From: an uncultured Gammaproteobacteria bacterium
GTDB lineage: Bacteria > Patescibacteriota > Patescibacteriia > SBBC01 > CAIJZX01
Length of the DNA: 64,000 nt
Reading direction: 5' to 3'
Assembly: GCA_964518425.1 (NCBI GenBank)
Contig: CAZFGG010000004.1
Span: 5,701-69,700, forward strand
Shown here: positions 1 through 8,845 of the stretch, piece after piece
How positions within the stretch are numbered: position 1 is the first letter of the stretch
Layout of the letters: each line of letters starts with the position of its first letter
Translations under genes and position numbers: made by a program
Notes under the pieces: model-generated
Seen by the model: the letters and a program-made list of their open reading frames with translations, nothing else
Databases searched by the model: none
What the model was told of the DNA's origin: nothing

Positions 1-199
1 CGGGTGACGGGACCCGCTGATGAAGATTCATCAGAATGATGTTGTATGGGTCCCGGATGGGAGCCCCGACATCGGGGCACAAACATCGTGGACAGACCTT
101 ATCATGGGTCGTCTTTTCTGGCAAGTCCTGGTTCCATTTGTCATTGGTGTCGGGGTAAGGGGTGCCGGAATCGCTCTTTTCCGCTATACTGAGCCTCAG

Positions 200-1411
200 A
201 TGAGCGAAACCCTCTTTATTATTGGCCGAGAACCAGAGCTATCGGTAGCCGAGCTAGAAGCGGTCGCTCCGTCATGGGCGGCAGAGGTGATTGATATTCA
301 ACCTACGGGGGTGTTGCTGTGTCATGACCAACCTTTAGCGAGTCGGGCTATTGATCGGCTCGGCGGAAGCGTTAAACAGGTGGCCGTTGCAGAATGTTAT
401 GATCCGGCCGAAGGATTGCTGAAGCTGGCGGAACGAGTATGCACGGCGGACTGGCTCACTCAGCAGTTCTCAACCGAGCGGATTGAATTCGGTGTCAGCG
501 TCTATGGGTGGTCGAGCAGAGAACGACAGGCCATCCAAAAACATTTTTTGGGCCTAAAGAAAGCCGTCCACGCTAGCGGCCGGCCAGTCCGTCTGGCGAT
601 CTCCAAAGAGCCGCAAATGTCCGCCGTGACCGTTCATCGGAACGGATTAGATAAACGCGGCAAGGAATTTGTGTTTTTTAGGACTAGTGAGAATATCGTG
701 CTCGGGGTGACGACAGCAGTCCAAGACTATCAGGCCTATGCCGTTCGTGATTTCGGCCGCCCGGCCGCCAATCCAAAAAGCGGCATGTTGCCGCCAAAGG
801 TAGCCCAGATGATGCTGAACATCGCTCAGGTCAAATCGGATGACGTTCTGCTTGATCCGTTTTGTGGATCGGGTACGGTTCTGCAAGAAGCCCTCCTGCT
901 CGGCGCCCATGAAGTTCATGGCAGTGACAGCGAAGGGCGGGCCGTTAGGGATAGCCAGGAAAATATCCGCTGGCTGATGAAAGAATATTCGAAGATTCAA
1001 GCCACGGCTGAAATTACCAAGCGTGATGTTCGCGAAGGCGGGGCGAAACCCTCAGTGATCGTGACCGAACCCTACCTCGGTCTAGCTTTGCGCGGCAACG
1101 AAACGCAGAAGGGAATCTTGGCTCAAGCTAAGCAACTTGAGACGCTCTATCGCCAAGCGGCAACGCAGTGGTCAAAGTCTCTCCGCCCGGGGGGACGGTT
1201 GGTGATGATTTGGCCAGAGTTTGTCGTCAACGGTGAATACATTGTCCTTGACCTGGCCGCTGAGTTTCAACGCCTCCGCTTTTCACCCCAACCGGTCCTG
1301 ACTGAAAAAGCGGCCCAGCTGGTTAATAATGGCGATCGTTTTGTTCTGACCTATGGTCGGGATGACGCCAAGGTGCGACGACAGATCAGGAAGTGGACGT
1401 TAGCTAAATAA
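200..1411 (+). CDS. Class I SAM-dependent RNA (m2G/m6A-type) methyltransferase, THUMP/UPF0020-like
   Basis: Motif I 'LLDPFCGSGTVLQEA' typical of the RlmL/Trm11 family. The ORF track starts at 20, but the first ~60 aa are W-rich and non-protein-like. The internal start 'MSETLFIIGREPE' at 200 is preferred. Confidence 0.6.
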   Translation: MSETLFIIGREPELSVAELEAVAPSWAAEVIDIQPTGVLLCHDQPLASRAIDRLGGSVKQVAVAECYDPAEGLLKLAERVCTADWLTQQFSTERIEFGVSVYGWSSRERQAIQKHFLGLKKAVHASGRPVRLAISKEPQMSAVTVHRNGLDKRGKEFVFFRTSENIVLGVTTAVQDYQAYAVRDFGRPAANPKSGMLPPKVAQMMLNIAQVKSDDVLLDPFCGSGTVLQEALLLGAHEVHGSDSEGRAVRDSQENIRWLMKEYSKIQATAEITKRDVREGGAKPSVIVTEPYLGLALRGNETQKGILAQAKQLETLYRQAATQWSKSLRPGGRLVMIWPEFVVNGEYIVLDLAAEFQRLRFSPQPVLTEKAAQLVNNGDRFVLTYGRDDAKVRRQIRKWTLAK

Positions 1412-1920
1412 GACCCCTTCCCGTCGTCCCGTTTCTTGAAGCTCGAACGGGACTTCCTCCATTCCCTCTCAACGAGGGGGACGTATCTATAAAACGACCA
1501 GCCGGGGGAAGCTGGTCGTAGTGCTGCGCAGGGGGATGAGCCCTGCTAGATATGGATCACCTCCTCGCTAACGGTTGTCGTTGACGTGCGTCAGCGGATG
1601 CTGGAACAGCATCGGAGGGCTCCTTCACGGTGAAAGGTCGGTGGTGATCGGCGCCATCGTCACGCCGCGATTCGTTTCAACTCCACCCGGTGTGTGGTGA
1701 CGATCCTCCTCCAGTGAGTGGCGATGAACTTCGCGAGCAGATTGCCGCGATGCTTCGGATGAAGCGGGAACTTCGAGGTGCGGCGATGAGGGAGAGACCG
1801 GCCTGGCTTCACGAACCCTCCTGGCGTGAAGATGAACAAGTCGCCACAGTTCGATCGAACTGTGGATGTAAAAAACTATGGTCAGTATAAACCCGATTGA
1901 GAGTACTCTTCAAGTTCTGG

Positions 1921-3000
1921 TCAAGCGCTGACCCGAAAAAACAAGACGTCTCCGTCCTGAATGACGTATTCTTTGCCTTCAATCCGTAACTTTCCGCTTG
2001 TTTTGGCGTTTTCCCATGAGCCGGCTGCAATCAGATCAGGATAACTGACAACTTCCGCGCGAATGAAATGTTGTTCAAAGTCGCTGTGGATAACCCCGGC
2101 GGCTTGGGGAGCCTTCGTGCCAACGGGGACAGTCCAGGCGCGCGTTTCATCGGGTCCGGTTGTGAGGAACGTCACGAGCCCAAGGAGTCGGTAGGCGGCT
2201 TGAATCAAACGATCGAGGCCAGAAGCCTGTAATCCGAGCTCGGCTAAATAACTTCTGACATCATCCACGGGCAAGTCGACCAGCTCTTGTTCAACTTTGA
2301 CGGCGATGACGACCGTTCGGTCGACTGGTAATCCATACGCAGAGGGTTTGGCACTAGCGACTTGTGATTCGCTGACATTCAGGATATAGAGCAGCGGTTT
2401 GATCGTCAGTAAATTCAGCGTCGTGATGATCAATTGCTCATCGTCAGTTAAGATCATTTCTCGGACTGCGTGACCATCAGACAAATGAAGCTGAATCCGT
2501 TCAACCAGAGCTAATTCTGCTGCCTGTACTTTATCGAGTCCAGCCCTCTTCTGTTTCGTTAGCGATTCGACGCGTTTCCCAATAGTGGCCAAGTCAGCCA
2601 TAGCTAACTCAATATCAATCGTACTCACATCCGACTGGGGGTCTACTTTCCCACCGACATGAATGACGTTCGGATCATCAAAAGCGCGGACGACTTCAGC
2701 GATCGCGTCAACTTCGCGGATATTAGCTAGGAATTTATTTCCCAGGCCCTCGCCCTGGTGAGCGCCTTTGACGAGACCGGCAATGTCAACGAATTCAATG
2801 GTCGTCGCAATAGTTTTGGCCGACTTCTCCATTTTCGTAAGCACATCGAGCCGCTCATCAGGTACGGCCACGACACCAACATTTGGGTCAATCGTGGCGA
2901 AGGGGTAGTTCGATGTGTCGACCTGTTTCTTCGTCAGGACCTGAAACAGGGATGATTTACCGACGTTCGGGAGACCGACAATACCAACGGAAAATGACAT
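1921..3000 (-). CDS. ychF: Ribosome-binding ATPase YchF (Obg-family GTPase)
   Basis: N-terminus '[23 protein letters not shown]', '[14 protein letters not shown]', ~360 aa. Classic YchF G1/G2 motifs and a TGS-like C-terminus. Confidence 0.9.
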   Translation of the reverse strand: MSFSVGIVGLPNVGKSSLFQVLTKKQVDTSNYPFATIDPNVGVVAVPDERLDVLTKMEKSAKTIATTIEFVDIAGLVKGAHQGEGLGNKFLANIREVDAIAEVVRAFDDPNVIHVGGKVDPQSDVSTIDIELAMADLATIGKRVESLTKQKRAGLDKVQAAELALVERIQLHLSDGHAVREMILTDDEQLIITTLNLLTIKPLLYILNVSESQVASAKPSAYGLPVDRTVVIAVKVEQELVDLPVDDVRSYLAELGLQASGLDRLIQAAYRLLGLVTFLTTGPDETRAWTVPVGTKAPQAAGVIHSDFEQHFIRAEVVSYPDLIAAGSWENAKTSGKLRIEGKEYVIQDGDVLFFRVSA

Positions 3001-3120
3001 AGGTCACGATGGTATCACGTCATTGACCTTGAATCAATTCGGGCGTAGTCTAGAAAAATCACGCTCTTCCAGAAAGGAGGATCGCATAGTTCCTTGGTAC
3101 GCTGTTCGCGCCCACCCTCA

Positions 3121-3450
3121 ATGACTGAGGAAGCCATGGACCAATTCCCGTATGATGGGTATCCGTGGTTGACGCTGGGCTTGACTCGGGCGATGCTTCT
3201 GAACTGGCTGCGAAGCATCGAGGATCGCCACCTGCACGACTTCCCTGCCAGCGACAACAAGGCAGCACTCGAGCTCGTCGATCTCCGACGGGCAATCACC
3301 GCGGCCGAGCAGGCCGACATGCCAACGGCGATGGATATCGCCGACCAGCTGTGGTTCTTCTACCGCTCCAAGGACCGCTACGAGCTGTCCTCACTCTGTA
3401 TCAAGGTATCCAACCTGCGATACCACCTTCCCGAGCTGCACGTAGCCTAA
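3121..3450 (+). CDS. Small hypothetical protein (GC-rich ORF with its own terminator)
   Basis: ORF 3094..3450; likely start 'MTEEAMDQ'. Local GC ~60% against ~48% flanks. Followed by the intrinsic terminator at 3438-3467. Confidence 0.4.
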   Translation: MTEEAMDQFPYDGYPWLTLGLTRAMLLNWLRSIEDRHLHDFPASDNKAALELVDLRRAITAAEQADMPTAMDIADQLWFFYRSKDRYELSSLCIKVSNLRYHLPELHVA

Positions 3451-3467
3451 CCGCTACGTGCTTTTTT
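3438..3467 (+). terminator. Rho-independent terminator (GCACGTAGC-ctaacc-GCTACGTGC + T6)
   Basis: Perfect 9-bp stem followed by TTTTTT. The stop codon of the upstream small ORF lies in the loop. Confidence 0.7.
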
Positions 3468-3553
3468 CGCGCCACGAATATTGACATTTTTTCTCTTCAA
3501 GGGTAGGCTCCGTCCGAATCGTTCGTTCATTTCACACCTCGGTGGAGGTCTTC

Positions 3554-4117
3554 ATGCGGCTAACGCGAAAGTTCGCACTCTTCGCCTTGCTGTTCGTCCA
3601 GTTGCTCGTCCAGGCTCACCCTACTGCGGCATCTGATGTCAGAATCGTCAAGGCGCCGGTCAGTCTGAAGGTATTGGACTGGAACGGAAAGCCCATACAA
3701 ACGACTGGCGGTTTCATCCGTTTCGTGTTGAGTGATTTCGGAAGCGCCTGGGATCGGAAGTACTGGGTTACGATGAGCGGTGCGCCTGATGACAGTGGGG
3801 CCATGACGGTGATGGCCGATGTCCCGGTCAGCCCATCCTACATCCGGAAGGCGGTTCAGCACGCCAAAGGCCGAACGCAATTTGAATTGAACCTCGGTTT
3901 CCAAGTTCTCGATGTCAATTCGCAGCCGCTGCATCTTGACAATGGACTACTCCTCATCATCACTGGCATTGGTCAGGATCCATGGCCGGCGGGTACGGAA
4001 GTCCGGGTCAGAACCGTGCTCAATACTCATGGGTACACCCTGACGAAGGTGCAGTTTCCACTCAACCATACCATCATGCATAACTTCTTGCTGATGGCTG
4101 ACGACCGACGACGGTAA
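3554..4117 (+). CDS. Secreted hypothetical protein (signal peptide)
   Basis: N-terminus 'MRLTRKFALFALLFVQLLVQAHPTAASD' is a signal peptide. No recognisable domain. Confidence 0.5.
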   Translation: MRLTRKFALFALLFVQLLVQAHPTAASDVRIVKAPVSLKVLDWNGKPIQTTGGFIRFVLSDFGSAWDRKYWVTMSGAPDDSGAMTVMADVPVSPSYIRKAVQHAKGRTQFELNLGFQVLDVNSQPLHLDNGLLLIITGIGQDPWPAGTEVRVRTVLNTHGYTLTKVQFPLNHTIMHNFLLMADDRRR

Positions 4118-4137
4118 CTGCGTCAGTTCTCTAACTA

Positions 4138-4166
4138 GCCGCGTTGCAAGCAACGCGGCTCTTTTT
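4138..4166 (+). terminator. Rho-independent terminator (GCCGCGTTGC-aa-GCAACGCGGC + TCTTTTTATT)
   Basis: 10-bp GC stem plus a T-tract directly after the 3554..4117 CDS. Confidence 0.7.
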
Positions 4167-4176
4167 ATTGAACGTA

Positions 4177-4527
4177 CTATGCCAACTTGCTCTTAGTGCC
4201 GAAAATAATATTGGCGCCCCAGCCGATAATCGCCAGGACGATTGAGCCGAGTAAAGCCGGTCCGAAGCCAGTAACGGAAAATCCAGGGACAAAGTAGGCC
4301 GTGAGCATGAAGAGCAAGGCGTTGATAACCAGGACGAATAGCCCCAAGCTCAGAATCGTGATCGGTAGGGTCAGAAAAACCAGGATCGGTCGGACGAAGG
4401 CGTTGGCGAAGCCTAAAACGAGGGCCACGAGCAGGGCGGAAATGAAACTCGTAACGGTAATACCTGGGACGAGGTAGGCGACGAGCATGACGGCGAGAGC
4501 GCTGATCAACCAGCGAAGAAGAATCAT
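4177..4527 (-). CDS. DUF360 / phage-holin-family-4-like small membrane protein (YvlD-like)
   Basis: 116 aa with four TM segments and the 'PGITV...ALLVALVLGFANAFVRPIL...LPITILSLGLF' pattern. Its start overlaps the folD stop. Confidence 0.55.
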   Translation of the reverse strand: MILLRWLISALAVMLVAYLVPGITVTSFISALLVALVLGFANAFVRPILVFLTLPITILSLGLFVLVINALLFMLTAYFVPGFSVTGFGPALLGSIVLAIIGWGANIIFGTKSKLA

Positions 4528-5315
4528 CGGCGTGTCGTTAATGCTAAGTATTGGGTATTATACAACAAATAGGCCACGGTCAAAGGCCCGACGCCACCGG
4601 GGACCGGACTGACCGCTTTCGCGACGGTCCAGACGCTCTGGTCAACATCACCAACCGTTTTGCCATACTCATGCCGGATACCAACGTCAACAACGATAGC
4701 ACGAGGCTTGACTTGTGAGCCAAGGAGCTTTGGTCCACGGCCGAGTACGGTCACGATGATATCCGACTTTTTTGTGAAACGAGTCCATTGTACTGACATG
4801 ATGCTCACTGTCCATCCACGACGCTCAAAGACTGAGCGGAGCTGCTTAGTATAGACCGTTTGTTTGCCCAGGATCGCGACCCGTGAATGTTTCGATGGCC
4901 GTCCCAAAGCAATCAACTTCAAGACGGCGGCCACGGGTGGGGGAACAATTCGTGTGTTGTTCGGATGAAACCCATCAACATCTTTTTGAGGGTTGATGGT
5001 TTGAATGGCGCGATTCGCGTGAAGATGGGTTGGCAAGGGTAACTGGAGCAAAATACCGGTGATTGATGGGCGATGATTTAATTGCCTGATCAGGCGCAGT
5101 AATGTTTTTTCACTCGTCCGCTCTGGAAGGTGACGCTGCTCGGTCGCGATGCCGACGCGTTTGGCCGCCGCGACTTTCAGCTTGACGTACAGCTTGGAAT
5201 CAAAGCGCTGACCGACCACAATCGTGGCCAGCTTGGCTTTGTGCTTTCGACGCTGGAGTTGATCTAAGAGTTGGTCAGCCGCTAAGCGACCATCAAGACG
5301 TCGAGCCATCTTCAT
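4524..5315 (-). CDS. folD: Bifunctional methylenetetrahydrofolate dehydrogenase/cyclohydrolase FolD
   Basis: 'GILLQLPLP' and 'PVPGGVGPLTVAYLLYNT' signatures. 263 aa. Overlaps the glyA stop by 4 nt. Confidence 0.85.
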   Translation of the reverse strand: MKMARRLDGRLAADQLLDQLQRRKHKAKLATIVVGQRFDSKLYVKLKVAAAKRVGIATEQRHLPERTSEKTLLRLIRQLNHRPSITGILLQLPLPTHLHANRAIQTINPQKDVDGFHPNNTRIVPPPVAAVLKLIALGRPSKHSRVAILGKQTVYTKQLRSVFERRGWTVSIMSVQWTRFTKKSDIIVTVLGRGPKLLGSQVKPRAIVVDVGIRHEYGKTVGDVDQSVWTVAKAVSPVPGGVGPLTVAYLLYNTQYLALTTRR

Positions 5316-6541
5316 TGGAGATCGGGGTAGAGCGGGAAAGCGCCAGCCAATTGGCGAATACCATCGGTAACTTTGCGTTTCACGGCTTCATCGGCTGGTG
5401 AGCGTAGGCGTTCAAGCAAGAGGTGTGTGAGTTGTTCAACGTCCTTTTCTTTCATCCCGCGTGAGGTGACGGCTGGGGTGCCGACGCGGATGCCGGACGG
5501 ATCAAGCGGTTTACGTGGGTCGTTGGGTATGAGGTTTTTGTTCACATAGATCCCAACCTCTTCGAGTAGTTTTTCCGCTTGCGCGCCAGTTAGGCCAAGC
5601 GGAGTGACGTCAGCGAGAATGAGATGATTATCCGTTCCGCCCGTCGCGACGCTCAGCCCATGAGCCGATAGTGTTGTGGCCATGGTCGTGGCGTTCGCCA
5701 ATGTTTGGGCCTGGTATATTTTGAAATTTGGCTCCAGCGCTTCGGCAAAGGCCTGGGCTTTGCCAGCGATCACATGATCGAGTGGGCCGCCCTGCAGGCC
5801 GGGCATGACCGCTTTATCAATCGCTTCGGCGTGTTGCTGCTTCGTCAAGATAATCGCGCCGCGCGGCCCACGCAAGGTTTTGTGCGTCGTTGTGGTGACA
5901 ATATCGGCGTGCGGGAATGGATTGGGGTGAAGATCGGTGACGATCAAACCAGCGACATGGGCCACGTCAGCCAAGTGAAGTGCGCCGACGTTACGGGCAA
6001 TTTCACCGAAGCGTTGAAAGTCGATTTGACGGGGATAGGCTGAAGCACCGGAAATAATGAGTTTAGGTTTATGCTCCTGCGCTAAGCGTTCGACCTCGTC
6101 GTAATCTATCAGACCATCGGCGTTGACGCCGTAGTGGACAATTGTGTAGAACTGCCCGGAAATGTTTCGTTTGAAACCGTGGGTTAAGTGTCCGCCGGCA
6201 GACAAGCTCATCGACAGGATCGTGTCGTGGGGTTTGAGCAAGGCCAGAAAAACTGCCACGTTGGCGATGGCGCCGGCGTGGGGTTGGACATTGGCGTGGT
6301 CGGCGCCGAAGAGTTTCTTGGCGCGATCAATGGCCAGGTTCTCGATCTGATCGACGATTTGATTACCACCGTAATAGCGCTTGCCCGGATAGCCTTCGGA
6401 ATATTTGTTCGTCAGCACGCTACCAACGGCTTGGAGAACGGCGGGCGAGGCTATGTTTTCTGAAGCGATCAGTGTTAAGCCGTCGCGCTGACGTTTAAGT
6501 TCAGCGGCCAGAAGTTTTTTCAGCAAGGGATCAAGCGACAT
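5312..6541 (-). CDS. glyA: Serine hydroxymethyltransferase
   Basis: 'LIASENIASPAVLQAVGSVLTNKYSEGYPGKRYYGG', 'TTTTHKTLRGPRG'. 409 aa. Confidence 0.95.
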   Translation of the reverse strand: MSLDPLLKKLLAAELKRQRDGLTLIASENIASPAVLQAVGSVLTNKYSEGYPGKRYYGGNQIVDQIENLAIDRAKKLFGADHANVQPHAGAIANVAVFLALLKPHDTILSMSLSAGGHLTHGFKRNISGQFYTIVHYGVNADGLIDYDEVERLAQEHKPKLIISGASAYPRQIDFQRFGEIARNVGALHLADVAHVAGLIVTDLHPNPFPHADIVTTTTHKTLRGPRGAIILTKQQHAEAIDKAVMPGLQGGPLDHVIAGKAQAFAEALEPNFKIYQAQTLANATTMATTLSAHGLSVATGGTDNHLILADVTPLGLTGAQAEKLLEEVGIYVNKNLIPNDPRKPLDPSGIRVGTPAVTSRGMKEKDVEQLTHLLLERLRSPADEAVKRKVTDGIRQLAGAFPLYPDLQ

Positions 6542-7382
6542 AGTCAGGGCGTTGAGCGTGAATGCGTGTCAGCCAGACGATAACGGCTACTGACACAATA
6601 ACGAGGCCAGTGATGATTGGCAAACGGACGCCGTTCACCAGCGGCGTATGATCGACTCGCAGCGACTCGATAGCAATGCGTAACCCAGCGGCCAGAATAA
6701 GGTAGATCATAGCAATCGTGCCAGGCTGACCGGTAGCGAGGATGGGATGATTCGACCAGCGCCGTCGGTGTAACCAGATCATGAAAGCAGAAATCAGGAG
6801 ACTGCCGAGCGATTCGTAGAGAAAGGTCGGATGGAAATAAAGGGAATGAATAAATTGGAAGGGCCGGTGCGCGGTGTCAATTGGAATTCCCCACGGCAAG
6901 CCTGTCGGTCGTCCAAAGAGTTCTTGATTGAAGTAGTTTCCCCAGCGGCCGATAGCTTGCCCAACCGCTAAGCCAGGAGCAAGAATGTCCGTTAACGTCC
7001 AGAAAGGAATTTTCCGCCATCGTGAAAAGGCCAGCAGACCCAGTGTCCCCCCAATCAACCCGCCGTGCCAGGCCAAGCCCCCATTCCAGATTTTGATGAT
7101 GTCACTAAGATGTGCGCGGTAATAGCCCCACTCATTGGAGACATGGTACATGCGGGCCCCAACCAAACCAGTGATCAGAACGACGAGAAAAAGATCGACG
7201 ATGATGGTGTCACCAATCTGATATTTCTGGGCGATCCAGCGAACAACAAAAAATCCGGCCAGCGCGCCGATGGCCAAGGTCAAACCATACCAATGAATCG
7301 TCAGGTGACCGGCGTGGAAGAGAATAGCTTGTGGGTGCCAGGAATGGAGGAACATCGGCTCAAGTATAGCACGCCCGGACAA
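6531..7382 (-). CDS. lgt: Prolipoprotein diacylglyceryl transferase
   Basis: 'WNGGLAWHGGLIGG' and a multi-TM 283-aa protein with an Lgt-like N-terminus. Confidence 0.85.
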   Translation of the reverse strand: MSGRAILEPMFLHSWHPQAILFHAGHLTIHWYGLTLAIGALAGFFVVRWIAQKYQIGDTIIVDLFLVVLITGLVGARMYHVSNEWGYYRAHLSDIIKIWNGGLAWHGGLIGGTLGLLAFSRWRKIPFWTLTDILAPGLAVGQAIGRWGNYFNQELFGRPTGLPWGIPIDTAHRPFQFIHSLYFHPTFLYESLGSLLISAFMIWLHRRRWSNHPILATGQPGTIAMIYLILAAGLRIAIESLRVDHTPLVNGVRLPIITGLVIVSVAVIVWLTRIHAQRPDYVA

Positions 7383-7432
7383 TCCAAAACGAGCTCCCGT
7401 GCTATACTAACCGTGTCAGAAACTACTTCACC

Positions 7433-8779
7433 ATGTCTATCGACCAATCCATTTTCAAATCCTACGACATCCGTGGAACCTCTCCGGATCAGCTGAACGC
7501 GGACGTGGCCTACAAGATTGGGCGGTCGTTCGCGACATTATTACAGGCCAAGAAAGTCATTGTCGGTCGCGATATGCGCTTGTCGGGACCAGAGTTGTTC
7601 GAGGCGGTAACACACGGGCTGATGGAGCAAGGAGCGGATGTCATTAATATCGGCATGGTCAGCACGGACGAATATTACTTTGCCTGCGGGACGCTTGGTT
7701 TACCGGGGATGATGATCACCGCTTCGCATAATCCGCCGCAGTACAACGGTTTCAAGATGGTTCGTCGAATGCCCCAGCTACTCAGCGGTCAAGAGGGGAT
7801 TCAAGAGCTCTACCGTTTATCACAAGCGGCCGCCTGGCCCGCGCCCAAACGCCAAGGAACAATGTCCGAGCAGGATGTCCGAGCGGGGTTTATCGACAAA
7901 GTATTGAGCCTGGTGGATGTCAAGAAAATTGGGACGGGCAAGGTTATCGCTGACACGGCCAACGGCATGGTCGGTCCGAACTTGACCGAAATTTTTTCGA
8001 GATTGCCGAAAATTAAGTTTACGGGAATATATCTCGAACCGGATGGTCGAACACCGAATCACGGACTTGACCCGCTGCAACTAGAAAACCGCGCCGAACT
8101 TCAGCGTCGTGTTGTCGCGGAAAGATGTGATGTCGGCTTAGCCTTCGACGGTGACGGTGACCGATTTTTCGTGATTGATGACCGGGGACAATTCGTCCCC
8201 GGGGACTTCCTGACTGCGTTACTTGGGCAGTACATGCTCAAGAAATACCCAGGGTCAAAAATTATTTATGACGTGCGGGCCTCTTGGGCAGTAGCTGACT
8301 TGATTAGCGCGGCCGGCGGGACACCGCTGATGGAGCGGGTCGGGCATACCTACATTAAGAAGCGAATGTCTCAAGAAGGCGCCGTGTTCGGCGGGGAAGT
8401 AACGGGACATTATTATTTCCGAGACTTCTTCTGCGCCGATTCGGGCGTTCTACCAGCACTACTTGTTCTGGAAATGATCTCGACGAGTGATAAAAAACTG
8501 TCGGAACTCCTTGCTCCGCTCGAAGAAAAATATTTCATTTCGGGAGAAATCAATACGAAGGTCAACGGAGATCCACAAACTCTGCTGAAAAAACTCGAAG
8601 GTAATTACGCGGACGCGAACGTCACCTGGCTCGATGGTATTTCCATTGACTATCCCGACTGGCATTGTAATGTTCGTGCGTCAAATACAGAGCCGTTGGT
8701 TCGATTAAACCTGGAAGCGAAAACTGCTGAGTTAATGGCCGCGAAACGCGATGAAGTCCTGGCAATAATTCGGGATTAA
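7433..8779 (+). CDS. Phosphomannomutase/phosphoglucomutase
   Basis: Active-site 'ITASHNPPQYNGFK', 'GLAFDGDGDR', 'GGEVTGHYYF'. 448 aa. Confidence 0.9.
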   Translation: MSIDQSIFKSYDIRGTSPDQLNADVAYKIGRSFATLLQAKKVIVGRDMRLSGPELFEAVTHGLMEQGADVINIGMVSTDEYYFACGTLGLPGMMITASHNPPQYNGFKMVRRMPQLLSGQEGIQELYRLSQAAAWPAPKRQGTMSEQDVRAGFIDKVLSLVDVKKIGTGKVIADTANGMVGPNLTEIFSRLPKIKFTGIYLEPDGRTPNHGLDPLQLENRAELQRRVVAERCDVGLAFDGDGDRFFVIDDRGQFVPGDFLTALLGQYMLKKYPGSKIIYDVRASWAVADLISAAGGTPLMERVGHTYIKKRMSQEGAVFGGEVTGHYYFRDFFCADSGVLPALLVLEMISTSDKKLSELLAPLEEKYFISGEINTKVNGDPQTLLKKLEGNYADANVTWLDGISIDYPDWHCNVRASNTEPLVRLNLEAKTAELMAAKRDEVLAIIRD

Positions 8780-8845
8780 GGATGATTAGGGGCTAGCCAA
8801 AAGTCCCGAAATGTGCTATTCTAGGTGTAAGACAAAATACTAACT

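Noticed and set aside
647-1000. Antisense ORFs inside confident genes (647..1000 in the MTase; 12316..12707 in trpS; 14572..15241 in rnj; 16870..17376 in the SBP; 22573..24580 in uvrA; 28185..29571 in groEL; 31391..32543 in ppsA; 47321..48536 in the CHAP gene; 54097..55576 in the recombinase; 57071..59967 in the HerA-like gene; 62331..63863 opposite hsdR)
   Set aside because: All lie opposite strongly supported CDSs, lack motifs, and have shadow-like compositions.
1554-1565. A 16S rRNA gene or its 3' end (exact GGATCACCTCCT match)
   Set aside because: Only the terminal 12-mer and a weak CCTGC context match. None of the surrounding conserved 16S helices are present, so it is not an rRNA gene. 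Reported as a finding, not as an rRNA feature.
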